IMG/VR virus record: IMGVR_UViG_3300042544_001590
Location: 1 to 64,000 of that record
DNA length: 64,000 nucleotides
Reading direction: 5' to 3' (one strand)
Shown here: positions 33,537-44,400 of the stretch, piece by piece
How positions within the stretch are numbered: position 1 is the first letter of the stretch
Layout of the letters: every line of letters starts with the position of its first letter
Notes under the pieces: model-generated
Told to the model about the DNA's origin: nothing
The model's database searches: none
The model's input: only the letters and a program-made list of their open reading frames with translations
Position numbers and translations under genes: made by a program

Positions 33537-34553
33537 ATGAAACATTACTCATTCCCTAAAATCCGCCAATACCATCAAGTTTTGCGCGATCTGAAACTTC
33601 ATCACCAATACGTTGGCAAGGATGAAATTGGCAATCCCATTTTTGATTCCAGTATCAAGCTTCCCGTAGTGGATTTCGTTGGATATACGAAACTTCATGG
33701 GACGAATTCCTCCATCGTGTTCTCTTATGATGGGTCGTTCTATTGCCAATCAAGGGAGAACGTCATCGATGAGGTGAAAGACAATGCCGGATTTGCCCAT
33801 TGGGTGAATAAGGAAGGAAAGGGAATTTTTGATCTGATCAAGCACCATTTTGATGGGTGGGATGGTAAGGTTGTGTTGTATGGTGAATGGTGTGGAGGTT
33901 CAATTCAAAAGGGTGTTGCCCTGAATGAGCTTCCCAAGATGTTTGTGGTGTTCGGTGGTAAAAAAGTGTGTATTGTTGATGCGGAGACTTCAGAATGGTT
34001 TGATACTTCCCAAATTCAAGATCATTCCATTAATGTCTATAACATCACGGAAGCTCCGCAATATCGCATTTGGGTTGATCTTGAACGTCCTGATAAAGCG
34101 ATTGAGCAAATGACCGCATGGGTTGATGAAATCGATGTGGAATGCCCTTTCGCTAAAATGTTGGGTGTATCTGGACATGGGGAAGGTATCGTATTTCGAG
34201 AAGCTACTAAACATTCGTTTGATAACGCATTCAAGGTAAAGGGAGAATCCCACTCCAAATCCAAGATCAAAAAGCTTCCAACAGTAGATGTGGTCAAGAT
34301 GGATGGTATCCAAGAAGCAGTGGAAACCCATTGCCATGAAGATAGGATGCAACAAATCTACGATAAGATCGTCCTGACGGAAGCCGATAAGGTTCCCCAA
34401 AAGATTGGTGATTTCATCAGGCTATTGATTGAGGACGCATGGATTGAAGAAGGGGATAGCATCAGAGCATCCGATATCTCTCGTAAAGAATTTGGTGCTG
34501 CGGTATCCAAAAAAGCGGCAAGATGGTTTCAAGCTAAAATTTCTGAATTTTAA
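33537..34553 (+). CDS. RNA ligase 2 (Rnl2-family)
   Basis: KLHGTN (motif I), QSR, LYGEWCGGSIQKG, GEGIV, FKVK. Confidence 0.82.
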   Translation: MKHYSFPKIRQYHQVLRDLKLHHQYVGKDEIGNPIFDSSIKLPVVDFVGYTKLHGTNSSIVFSYDGSFYCQSRENVIDEVKDNAGFAHWVNKEGKGIFDLIKHHFDGWDGKVVLYGEWCGGSIQKGVALNELPKMFVVFGGKKVCIVDAETSEWFDTSQIQDHSINVYNITEAPQYRIWVDLERPDKAIEQMTAWVDEIDVECPFAKMLGVSGHGEGIVFREATKHSFDNAFKVKGESHSKSKIKKLPTVDVVKMDGIQEAVETHCHEDRMQQIYDKIVLTEADKVPQKIGDFIRLLIEDAWIEEGDSIRASDISRKEFGAAVSKKAARWFQAKISEF

Positions 34554-35073
34554 TATGATTGACATATTTGAAAAACATGGGCTACGCATTGCCCGAATGT
34601 TGGCATGGTCTAAGTCCAGATATCGGGAAGAGAATCCCGATCATGTCGTGGTATTCAATGCCAATGTCTTCACGGAATCATCCGGTAAGGTGTGGCATGG
34701 AGACTTGGACTTGACAAAGGATGGGGATGTGCTAAAGTCCATTTCAAAGGAGATTGGCGAATCGCTGTATGTCCTGTATGAGATGGATGGAAGGTTTGGC
34801 AATGAGAATCTGAAATTTGATTTGGTGGAAGAAAAAGCAATTGGAAAATTTTGATATGAATCACAAATTCTATTACTATGAATACTCCGATGATGGGGGA
34901 CTTACTTGGACTTTCGGGGACTATAGAAAGCATTTGATAACAATCATAGATGTTGCCAGAGATAATCCATATAAAATTCGAATTAAGAATGAAAATGATG
35001 AAGTAGTTGGCTATGATTTAATAGTGACAACTGAAAATGAACTTGATACTTTTATGAAAATAATGAATAAATT

Positions 35074-35640
35074 ATGAACTTATATTGTGTACGTCATGGC
35101 CAGTCGGAGGGTAATATTAATCCCGAAGCGTATTACCAAATGCCCGAATGGAAAATCCCTCTTACGGCAGAGGGTAAGAAACAGGCTGAAAACGTTGGTA
35201 AGAATTTGTCGGATATTGATAGTTTTTACATGATTTCCAGTCCATATGTGCGAGCTAGGGAAACAGCAACCATCATCAAAAAACAAATCAAGACAATATA
35301 TTCCTATTATCAAGAATCCCCACTAATCATCGAACGAGCATGGGGCAACCTACGGGATGAAGTGAATCAATTTAAAACAAGGGAAGAGCGCAATCACCTA
35401 TTTGATTTCTATCGTCGCCCAACGGGAGGGGAATCCTTTGCAGATGTTTATCAGAGGGCATTCGTCTTTCTGGAATATCTCAAGAATAATTTCAATGATC
35501 CCAAGGATATCATCATTGTATCCCACGGGGAATTCCTCAAGGTTCTGCTTATGATCATTGATGGGAACACTGTGGAGGAATTCAATGATCTGCCGAATCC
35601 CAAGAATTGTCAGATCATCACAAGAAGAATCAACGAATAA
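35074..35640 (+). CDS. Histidine phosphatase (phosphoglycerate mutase family)
   Basis: RHGQS, SSPYVRARET, GGES, VSHG, N-C-I. Confidence 0.9.
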   Translation: MNLYCVRHGQSEGNINPEAYYQMPEWKIPLTAEGKKQAENVGKNLSDIDSFYMISSPYVRARETATIIKKQIKTIYSYYQESPLIIERAWGNLRDEVNQFKTREERNHLFDFYRRPTGGESFADVYQRAFVFLEYLKNNFNDPKDIIIVSHGEFLKVLLMIIDGNTVEEFNDLPNPKNCQIITRRINE

Positions 35641-38300
35641 AAACTAGAATACACTGATCCCATGCCCGACATTGAAATTAACGGAACAAAATTGTGCGTA
35701 TCTTTGGAAACCATCATCAATGGAATGTCCAAGGAACAGAAGAGAGAAGTCCTATCATGGCTTGCCACCGATGGGGAAGTCATGGAATCCGTGGTGGATC
35801 ATATTCTGGGAAGGGATGAGCAAGGATGGTCAACGGGTGATCCAAACCGTTGCCAACAAATCCTTGGGGAAGTGGAGGATTTCCATCTTGCTGATGTCAG
35901 ATATAACTGGAAACCTTGGGATGAAATCAAGCAGAAATTGAAGAACATTCGTGCTGATGAGCGTCTGTATTGGGTTCTCTATCATCAAATTGACGCACAA
36001 ACGAGTAGTATGGTGTTCAATGAATTACGGAGACTTGGGGTGGAATCCAATTACACAACCAAAGAGGCTGATGAGGATATTGCCACGATCCATGAGATTA
36101 TCAAGGATACGTTCAAACAGATGGCTAAAGATAAGGTTAAAAACTAGAATACAATAGCAACATGTTTAAGCTACCACAAATAATCATTGGCTGTATCCTA
36201 TTCTTTATCGGCATGTCCATCCCTCTGGGATTCTTCAGCCTGTTTGGTATGTTATTGGCACTTGTTGGCACGTTCTTTATCTCCCGTCCTTTCGCATTGG
36301 ATAGCGGATTTGGGAATACTCCCATGTTCTTCCTGTTGGGCATGTTCGTGTTTATCCCCTCGTTCTTTTTAACACGAAAGACTTTCATTGAATTTGGTAT
36401 GGATGACTTAACAATCGGGGCAATCCGTCTCACACTTTGTATGGTGGGGGGTGTGCTTGCCTTTCTCTCAATCTCAAAATCAAAATAATATGCAAGAATT
36501 CATAGCTTATAGCAACATGGTAATCGGATCACTTTCAATCACTGGAGCATTAATATTGCAAACCAAAAATTGGCAAAGTTCATTCGTATTCAAGGTTATT
36601 CCAATGTTTAGTGGTTTGATACTTGTGATTAATGGACTGTATCTTATCGGTTTACGGTTTTAAAAACTAGACAATAATCACAACATGACACTGGAAGAAT
36701 TCCAACAAACCAAACAGAAAGAACTTGCAAATCTCATTCCATGTCGTAAGATCGCTTACGAAGAGGGAACGGATCACAAGGTTGTTCTAAGCAATGACAA
36801 GTTCTGGGACTTATTCGCATTCTTCAAGAATCAATGGCACTACATTACAACAATTAAGATATAACATGACAAAGTATCAAAAATTATGGTTTGAAGAAGG
36901 TTATTATGATAACCAACAAGGGGAACATCCCGAAGCATTTTGTCAGGAAAAGTGGATGAAGTCCATATATGACTGTGGTTGGGGTGGTGAACAATTTACA
37001 ATGATTGTGGAACACTTTCCATTCTACAAACAAGGAGCAACAAAAGCATATAACGAAAAAAACAAATAACATGGCTAATAAAAAAACAAGGGCAAGTCGG
37101 GCAAGAGGATGGTGCAGCACACTGGATGAGCAAACCAATGGCAACAAAATCTTCAAGGGAGAGATTTGTGATACTGCATGGAACGCGAAAGCATCCAACA
37201 AGCGAGCGCGAAAGGTCTATGGTAGGATATCACAACAAGGCAAGGACTGATGGGTAGCATGTTTGACAACCGCAAGATTCTCCATGGCCTTCCAAAGGAT
37301 GGTCAGAAGATCGAAGCCATTACTAACAAAACCAATTCGTGGTTTCTATCAGTGGTGGAAGATACTAAAAAGCTGAAGATTGGAAAGGAATATACTGTTC
37401 TCAAGACGGAACTCAATTCATCCAGTTCTTATGTGTGGCTTGAGGAATTTGGAAAAGATGTATTCTTTAATATACATAGCTTTGAATGGGAACTCCCGAA
37501 TCTTGATCCAAATGATCTGATTGGGTTTTTCGTTTCCGATATGAATACCATTCATCACAAATATGGGTGGGGTGTTCAAGTGGGGGAGAATATCAGACAT
37601 GAGGGAAATCCCATGATCGTGGTGAAGTGTGAGAATAAGGAACATGTCGATTACATCACAAGCGTAGAATTTAAAAACTAGAATACAATAAAGACATGAA
37701 ATACACAGTAATTTGGGAAGACCGCTGGCAATCAGGATCACATCATCATTGTATCACAAAGAAGACTTGGGTGGAAGCTAATTCCATTGAAGACCTTATG
37801 AAAGAATATGGTGATTATGCCCGATTCATTTTTGAGGGACATATCCTAACTTTGGGGGAAGAATTCAATCAGGAATTGGTTGATGTGATTGTTTAAAAAC
37901 TAGAATACAATATCAATATGAATAACGAACAACAAATAAACGAAGCCCTTCAATGGCTACAATCGACGGGTCAATCTTTGGTTGACTTCACTGGCGAACA
38001 ATCTCCTCTCTACTGTCAGGAAGTTCTCAATTGGACATTCTATGGTAATATGATAACGGTAATCATCGGCATCATTTGGATTATTGGTTCTCTGTTTCTA
38101 ATCAAACCGTGTATTAAAGCTTGGAATTTTGAATATGGTTATTGCAACAAAGGAGCAGCAATTTCTGTATCTACCTCTTTGGCGTTGGTGATTGCAGGTG
38201 CATTCATACCAATTACTATTCTCAGTGTTGTTGATATGGTTAAAATTAAGGTTGCACCACGAATGGTATTGGTTGAGCATTTTCAACAAAAATTAAAGTA

Positions 38301-38762
38301 ATGCACCCCCAATTCAATCCCCAAGCCCTGCTTAACAAACCTCTGGAAATCTCCTATTGGAAAGATTCCATTGGGGAGGACGCAAAAATCGTTGACATTG
38401 GGGAAGACCAATATAAGATCGTATTTGAGCAAGCACCGGAAGACGATGATCAGGAAGACCTTTTCATTTGGACAACCCAAGAACCGGAATCAATCGAAGG
38501 AGATAGAGCATTCTTCCGAAACATTGGAGCAACAAATTTCTATCTGAAAATCAAACAAAAACTAGAATACAATAACATTATGAAAACAACAGTAAAGGAA
38601 CTGAGTGAGAAGCTGGGAGTAGATACCGTGTATGTGAACGGATTTCTTCAAACCCTAATCAAGATGGGCAAGGCAAGCGTGGTAGGCAAGGTTGAAAAAC
38701 CTAGCGGAACCCGTGGCAAGCCTTCCAATATCTACGAAATCAACGAGGGTATCGTTGACTAA
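38301..38762 (+). CDS. In-frame fusion of two module genes; second part (ATG 38580) is a small HTH-like protein
   Basis: Module at 38556 begins CAAAAACTAG instead of TAAAAACTAG and is read as QKLEYNNI-M. Confidence 0.6.
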   Translation: MHPQFNPQALLNKPLEISYWKDSIGEDAKIVDIGEDQYKIVFEQAPEDDDQEDLFIWTTQEPESIEGDRAFFRNIGATNFYLKIKQKLEYNNIMKTTVKELSEKLGVDTVYVNGFLQTLIKMGKASVVGKVEKPSGTRGKPSNIYEINEGIVD

Positions 38763-38774
38763 CAATTTTCCAAT

Positions 38775-38973
38775 GGAGCAACGGTGTGGAAAATCTTAGA
38801 CACACAGCAGAGTCGCTTGAAGTATCTCTGGATTAGTTTATCAGGCAAGAAAGAAGGAAAGACGAAACCTTCCCCCTGACGCACGAGTAGCCAGTCGTGG
38901 TGAAAGCCAGATATGTTGAGTAGATCGTGGGCATGATCAGCCTAGAGTGGGGGTAAGACCCACTTGCTCCACC
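38775..38973 (+). ncRNA. Unknown ~200-nt RNA with tRNA-like acceptor, D-like and T-like arms
   Basis: GGAGCAA/TTGCTCC+ACC; GTGT/ACAC; GTGGG-7nt-CCCAC; internal TCAGG/CCTGA, GAAGG/CCTTC, CACGA/TCGTG; no convincing ORF. Confidence 0.7.
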
Positions 38974-39060
38974 TTTTTAATAAATAAAACACTAACCACC
39001 GCGAAAATGCGTGGCCTGACGGCAAATGGAAGCTCTACCAAGTGGGGGACTGGCATTCTG

Positions 39061-39183
39061 CATAACGCCGATGTGATGGCATCGCTGCCGAGAGCGAGCG
39101 TCGATCCTCCAACCAAACACTGATATGCCAAACGACTCCGACAACACAGCGGGCAGCGATTGTCCATCCACGCCTTGTTCGCT
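39061..39183 (-). mobile_element. Integron attC-like site 1
   Basis: AAC-GCCGATGT-GATGG-CATCGCTGCC ... GGCAGCGAT-TGT-CCATC-CACGCCTT-GTTCGCT: imperfect palindrome with unpaired spacer and extra bases on one arm. Confidence 0.7.
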
Positions 39184-39427
39184 TTTTCGAGCCACTTGGG
39201 AGGAGAGAGATGGTAAAATGGAACCTGTGAATACTCCTGATCTCTTCGTGTGGGCCTGCGTGAACACAAAAACCGGAGAGGTGGAGATGACGGAAATCCA
39301 GCCCTTCGACGACGATCTCAATGAGAACCTTGTGGAAGGGTGGGAGTGGAGACGCTTCCGACTCATTGAAGCGAACGTCCAAGGCCATGCGACGGCGCGC
39401 AGTGGCCCGAATCCACCACCGACTTGA
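39125..39427 (+). CDS. Cassette-borne hypothetical protein
   Basis: GC-rich; starts inside attC1 loop and ends inside attC2 loop. Confidence 0.6.
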   Translation: MPNDSDNTAGSDCPSTPCSLFRATWEERDGKMEPVNTPDLFVWACVNTKTGEVEMTEIQPFDDDLNENLVEGWEWRRFRLIEANVQGHATARSGPNPPPT

Positions 39428-39464
39428 ACGGCTAGTTCCCGTTGCCATGACTCCCTTGTTAGCC
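39370..39464 (-). mobile_element. Integron attC-like site 2
   Basis: AGCGAAC-GTCCAAGG-CCATGCGACGG ... CCGTTGCCATG-ACTCCCTT-GTTAGCC. Confidence 0.65.
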
Positions 39465-39475
39465 TTCTTAATTTT

Positions 39476-39691
39476 ATGACCTACATACCAGACCCAATCG
39501 AAAGAGGCGAGATGCGTGCCGAGGCCGCATACGATGAAATGATCCAACCTGACGGCAGGATGAAATGCCCGTGCGGAGAACTGTTCGACCCCGACAGCGA
39601 GGGCGGAACACTCAGCCCCGATCCGTATGCAATGCCCGTCTGCGGGAAATGCTGCGAGGAGTATTTTTCTCAGGCTAACAGTAACTTATGA
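39476..39691 (+). CDS. Cassette-borne small zinc-binding hypothetical protein
   Basis: CPCG...CGKC; GC-rich; bounded by GTTAGCCT (39458) and AGGCTAAC (39672). Confidence 0.65.
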   Translation: MTYIPDPIERGEMRAEAAYDEMIQPDGRMKCPCGELFDPDSEGGTLSPDPYAMPVCGKCCEEYFSQANSNL

Positions 39692-39778
39692 CCCCCAATA
39701 AGTGTCCATAACCATGCCGGAATCAATTACACGCTTTCCTTACTACATTCTTAAAAACTAGAATACAATACAAAAACA

Positions 39779-40339
39779 ATGAGCAAAACGCTAATTACAA
39801 CACTGTCGGTTCTTGGAGGTGTCATCCTCCTTGGAGTAATCCTTTTGGTTTCCGTTCTGGGAAGCTTCAACTCTTACACAAGGTTTGAGAATCTGGCGAA
39901 AGCGGCACAAACGGATAATAAGAACATCCTTGATAACACCCGAAAATCCATTCGGGAAGCTGCCAACGTATCGGATAAGGAAGTGGAAGCCCTTACCAAT
40001 ATCATCACGGGTTATGCTGATGCGAGAGGGGGCAACACTGCTGGAGACGGTCAACTTGTCACTGTAGGTATGGTGACGGAAGCAGTCCCAAGCATCCAAG
40101 GCATTGAAACGCTGAAGAACCTGCAAAACATCGTGGTTGCAGGACGAAAGGATTGGCAAATGGCACAAACACGATTGGTTGATATCAAACGACAAGCGGA
40201 TAATATGATTGGAACCGTACCATCTGGAACCATTCTGAAATGGTTTGGTAAAAAGGAAATTGAAATTATCATCGTAACTTCCAAGGAAACCGAAGGTAAT
40301 TTTGCCACTGGTGAGGATAATTCCAATTGGGTTGAGTGA
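39779..40339 (+). CDS. Membrane-anchored helical protein (LemA-like)
   Basis: N-terminal TM helix then a helical domain; paired with the next membrane gene. Confidence 0.45.
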   Translation: MSKTLITTLSVLGGVILLGVILLVSVLGSFNSYTRFENLAKAAQTDNKNILDNTRKSIREAANVSDKEVEALTNIITGYADARGGNTAGDGQLVTVGMVTEAVPSIQGIETLKNLQNIVVAGRKDWQMAQTRLVDIKRQADNMIGTVPSGTILKWFGKKEIEIIIVTSKETEGNFATGEDNSNWVE

Positions 40340-41409
40340 TGAGCGGATACTGGATATTCCTGTTGATGATAATCCCCGTGATCGCGGGGGTTGTCTCATG
40401 GCAAAAGTTCCACACAATTGAATTGTGGGAATCGGCAACAAGCGTGGGAGCGGCACTGGTTGTGATCATCTCTGTTTTTGGCATATCACAATGTAGCCTG
40501 AGTCATGATACTTATACCGAATCCGGTAGGATTATGTCGGTTGTCCACACTCCTAAATGGAAGGCTGAATGGACGGAGACGGAGACATACACCACAACCG
40601 ATTCCAAGGGTAAATCCCATACACATACAAGACTGGTTACAAGAAGAAAAACACATTCCCCCACATGGGTTGCAGATACGACAATCGGTAGTATGCAAAT
40701 CACGGAAGGATATTTTAATTACATTGGGAGACAACATGGAATTCGTAAAGAGTTGGGGTATCGTCCCGATTATGATTCAGGAGATAGATATGATTATCAT
40801 TCCACGGTATCTGATGATCCCGAATTTTGTGATTATCCGGTCAATGGAACTGCCATGTGGTTAAATCCAATCCTAACCCAAAAGGGATTGCGTGGATATG
40901 AAAAGCTATCAGACAAGGAAATCCAACAATACGGACTATTTGATTATCCGAAGCATGATAAATTCAAGTCATCCCGATTGTTGGGGGGTGTTCCCCTAAG
41001 CCATTGGGATTGGGATAAGATGAATACCTATCTATATGATCAAAGGGGGGTGAATGTTCTCATGGTCAAATTGGGTAGCATTGATACTGCCAAGAAATTC
41101 CAACAACATTGGAAGAACGGTAGGAAGAATGATCTGGTTCTATGCTATGGTGATGGTTGGTCTTATGTGTTTGGATGGACTGATAAGGAACTGGTTAAGA
41201 TGAATCTTCAGACGATCTTGTTGGATAATCCAATTGATATTAATATCATACCTTTGATAAAATCGGAAATTCTGAAAAATTACGAGCCTCATAATTGGGA
41301 GCAATATCAGGACGATGAATTTGTGGTAGAGACTTGGATGATCGTCACGGCATTTCTCCTGATGATCACAACCCAAGCAGGACTCTACTACAAGTTCCAT
41401 AAAAACTAG
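40336..41409 (+). CDS. Membrane protein with large soluble domain
   Basis: Two N-terminal and one C-terminal hydrophobic segments. Confidence 0.65.
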   Translation: MMSGYWIFLLMIIPVIAGVVSWQKFHTIELWESATSVGAALVVIISVFGISQCSLSHDTYTESGRIMSVVHTPKWKAEWTETETYTTTDSKGKSHTHTRLVTRRKTHSPTWVADTTIGSMQITEGYFNYIGRQHGIRKELGYRPDYDSGDRYDYHSTVSDDPEFCDYPVNGTAMWLNPILTQKGLRGYEKLSDKEIQQYGLFDYPKHDKFKSSRLLGGVPLSHWDWDKMNTYLYDQRGVNVLMVKLGSIDTAKKFQQHWKNGRKNDLVLCYGDGWSYVFGWTDKELVKMNLQTILLDNPIDINIIPLIKSEILKNYEPHNWEQYQDDEFVVETWMIVTAFLLMITTQAGLYYKFHKN

Positions 41410-41423
41410 CGTATAATCGAAGT

Positions 41424-44400
41424 ATGAAACCAACAATCAGTCTGATTAAGTCCATCATTTGGAAAATGTATTATCACCTATCTTTAGGCAAGGATTACCA
41501 ATCCAGTATGAAGAGTGCATCCAACATCTTCTCCAACGTGATCGACTCCACGAACGGTAGGGTGTCGCATTTCCATAACATCAAAGGTGATCGCATTCGG
41601 GGATGGCATAAGCGAATCAAGTTCAATGTCAATGTCACACAACATCCTTTAATCTCAAAATATTATTAATATGATGACTGATATTTACAAAATCGGAGAA
41701 TACACCATCTTAATTGAACGTGATGAAGATGATGATAATTTCTGGTATTATCATAATGTAATTCTACCAAACGGAGAACAACATATGTTAGATACTTGCA
41801 GAAATATCAATAATAAGGATATTGCGGCGTTTATATCATTCTATGAAGTCCATGGTAGATTTCCAACACGTAAGGATCATCCGACGAATAAGGTTGTAGG
41901 GTTGAATGCCAAGCGGATTTCGGAGATTAAATAACACCATGAGCCAATGTCGCTACTGTCAGTCCCAATCGTATGGTCTAGGTTGTCCCGCTTCCCCATG
42001 GGGGAGACATGAGCATTTCAACAATGAAAAGAAATGTGAATTTTGCGGCGGGACTGGATACGGTTCGGGATGCACACTTAGTCCTGTTAAAAAGCATAGG
42101 CATGGAAGCGGCAAGAACAAGTGTAGGTGGTGTGGAAATACTGCGATGGGTATGGGCTGTATCCATTCCCCAAGCGGATTCCATGAGAAGTGATGTTTAA
42201 AAACTAGATGATACTTAGGATATGACAAAAGCAGATTCTTTCAAGGAAAAATTACAAAATCTTTTGGATGATTTCAACGCATCCATCATATTCAATTTCA
42301 ATCCACCAGATATGAAGATGTTGGAATATTGTAATGGTTTTCAAGTCTGTTTTGAACTGGAGGTAGATAAGTTTCAATTCGTCCAATTGACTGGTGGGGA
42401 TAACTTTTCAATTGAAAAAGATACTATCCTTAAAAACTAGGCGATACTTGGTGTATGAAAATTATCCCGACTGATTACAAAATCGAACACGATTTGAACG
42501 AACACACTTATTATATTGTTCGTAGAATGAGCCTTAAATATAATAATAAATGGTTTGTTACCATGTATGACCGAAATGCTTTTTTAGTGGAGAGCGACAT
42601 GGGTTGGTCTTCTTGGACTTGTGATGAACATGGTTATAATACCCCCGAAGAAGCTTTGGAAGCTTGGGAAAGATACATAAAAACTAAGGGATACTAACCA
42701 CGACATGAAAACATTCACAATTGAACAAGTCCTCGAATATGTCGAAGGGTGGTTGGGTGCTGATGACGACAAGCAAACCCTAAACATGAACCAGATCAAG
42801 GCAATGCTGAACAATGCTCTGGTATGTGTGGACGATCCAAGCGATGGGATCGAAGAGTATGTGGAGCGTAAGGGTATTCCACTGTATAAGGTATTAGGAT
42901 TACCAAAAGATTCATTTAAAGATTTCATCGAAAACAACAAGGATTTGGTATAAAACAATTTAATAATATGAAAGATGTGGACTTTGATAATGATTTCAAG
43001 CTGGGTAAAGCCAAGCATAAAAATCTTGGGAATGTTGAAATAACTGAAGCATGTTTATTCATGCAAGATTGTAATCCCGATCCTTCGACTCTTTATGTTG
43101 AACATGATGGTGATATTAAAGAAGTATCTTACAATATGATGATTCCCGAATCTAAAAAATAAATATGAGAACTGAATACACAAACAGTTGGGGAAAACGC
43201 ATCATAATGACTGATTGTGTGGAGTATTGGGAAGACCCTTTCATCTGTGATGATGTTGGGGAGCCGAAGGGTCAATGTGGAAGCTGTGGTCATAAGTGGT
43301 ATGAACATGAATTGGATGCTCTGCCATTGATTGCCAGAACATCCGCATTGGAAATCCAAGATCGGGAATTTTCAATTTTAAGAAATAAATAATATGATTA
43401 ACGCAAACGAAGCACGGGAACTATCAGGCAAGACGATTCAGGAATTGGCCGAGGATTTTGATGAGCCTATCCGCAAAGCTGCCAAGGATGGCAAGCGGAG
43501 CATTTGTCATTACCACGGAACGCTGGAAAACGAAGCGTATTCCAGAACTGAAAAGTGGGATAAATTCGTGGCACACATGGATGATCTTGGGTTTACCGTT
43601 TCCCTTCATTACGAAGAGAGACAATTTGTGGATATGCGTATCAATGTCAAATGGGAGTGACTTTTAAAAACTAACACACAATAGCTTTGTTCTCTCAGGG
43701 GGTGATCTCCCCTTTCTCCGAGATTCCGTAGCATGGCAGTATAAATGGAGACGGAGAGGACTTTACTTTAAATATTATCATGGGCAGACCACAACAAATT
43801 GAAAAGGAACTTGATTGGGAATTTGCCACACATTGGGGTGAAAAACCTTGGGGAATCAAGAAGAAATCCCATAAGTGGGAGAAGGATCAACAACATCGTC
43901 GGGAGCGTAGGAGAGCGAATGACGATCCTGAATGTGGTGCGGAGTATCGCAAGTATGATGGGTTTATTTGGTGATAAAAACTAGAGGATACTTGAGCCAT
44001 GAACGACGACACTTACGCGCTTCGCATGATTGCGATAGCCAATGCTGAGATTGCGCGGGTCAACCTTCGCGTTGAATCCATGAAAGCTGAAAATACTCAA
44101 CGTATGGGAGATGGATTATCCCTAGCTTATACTGAAAAGGCTTTCATTGATGAGGAAGCGGGACTCAATTACGCAATTTCCCTATTACAATTTTAATATT
44201 ATGGAAGATTTCATAGATAAATTTGAAGAGTGGACAGACGAAGAACTCACCCAAAGGTGGAACTATCTGGAAACCAAACCGCTATCCCATTATGTGTCCC
44301 AAACGATGGATGACATTGAGGCAAGTCTTAGCTATCGGAGGGTGGTAGCTTGGGATGCGGATGGTAAGATCACCCACAGGGATTAAAAACTAGATTACAC

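Noticed and set aside
38775-38973. tmRNA
   Set aside because: No G3-U70 alanine determinant, short, no convincing tag reading frame
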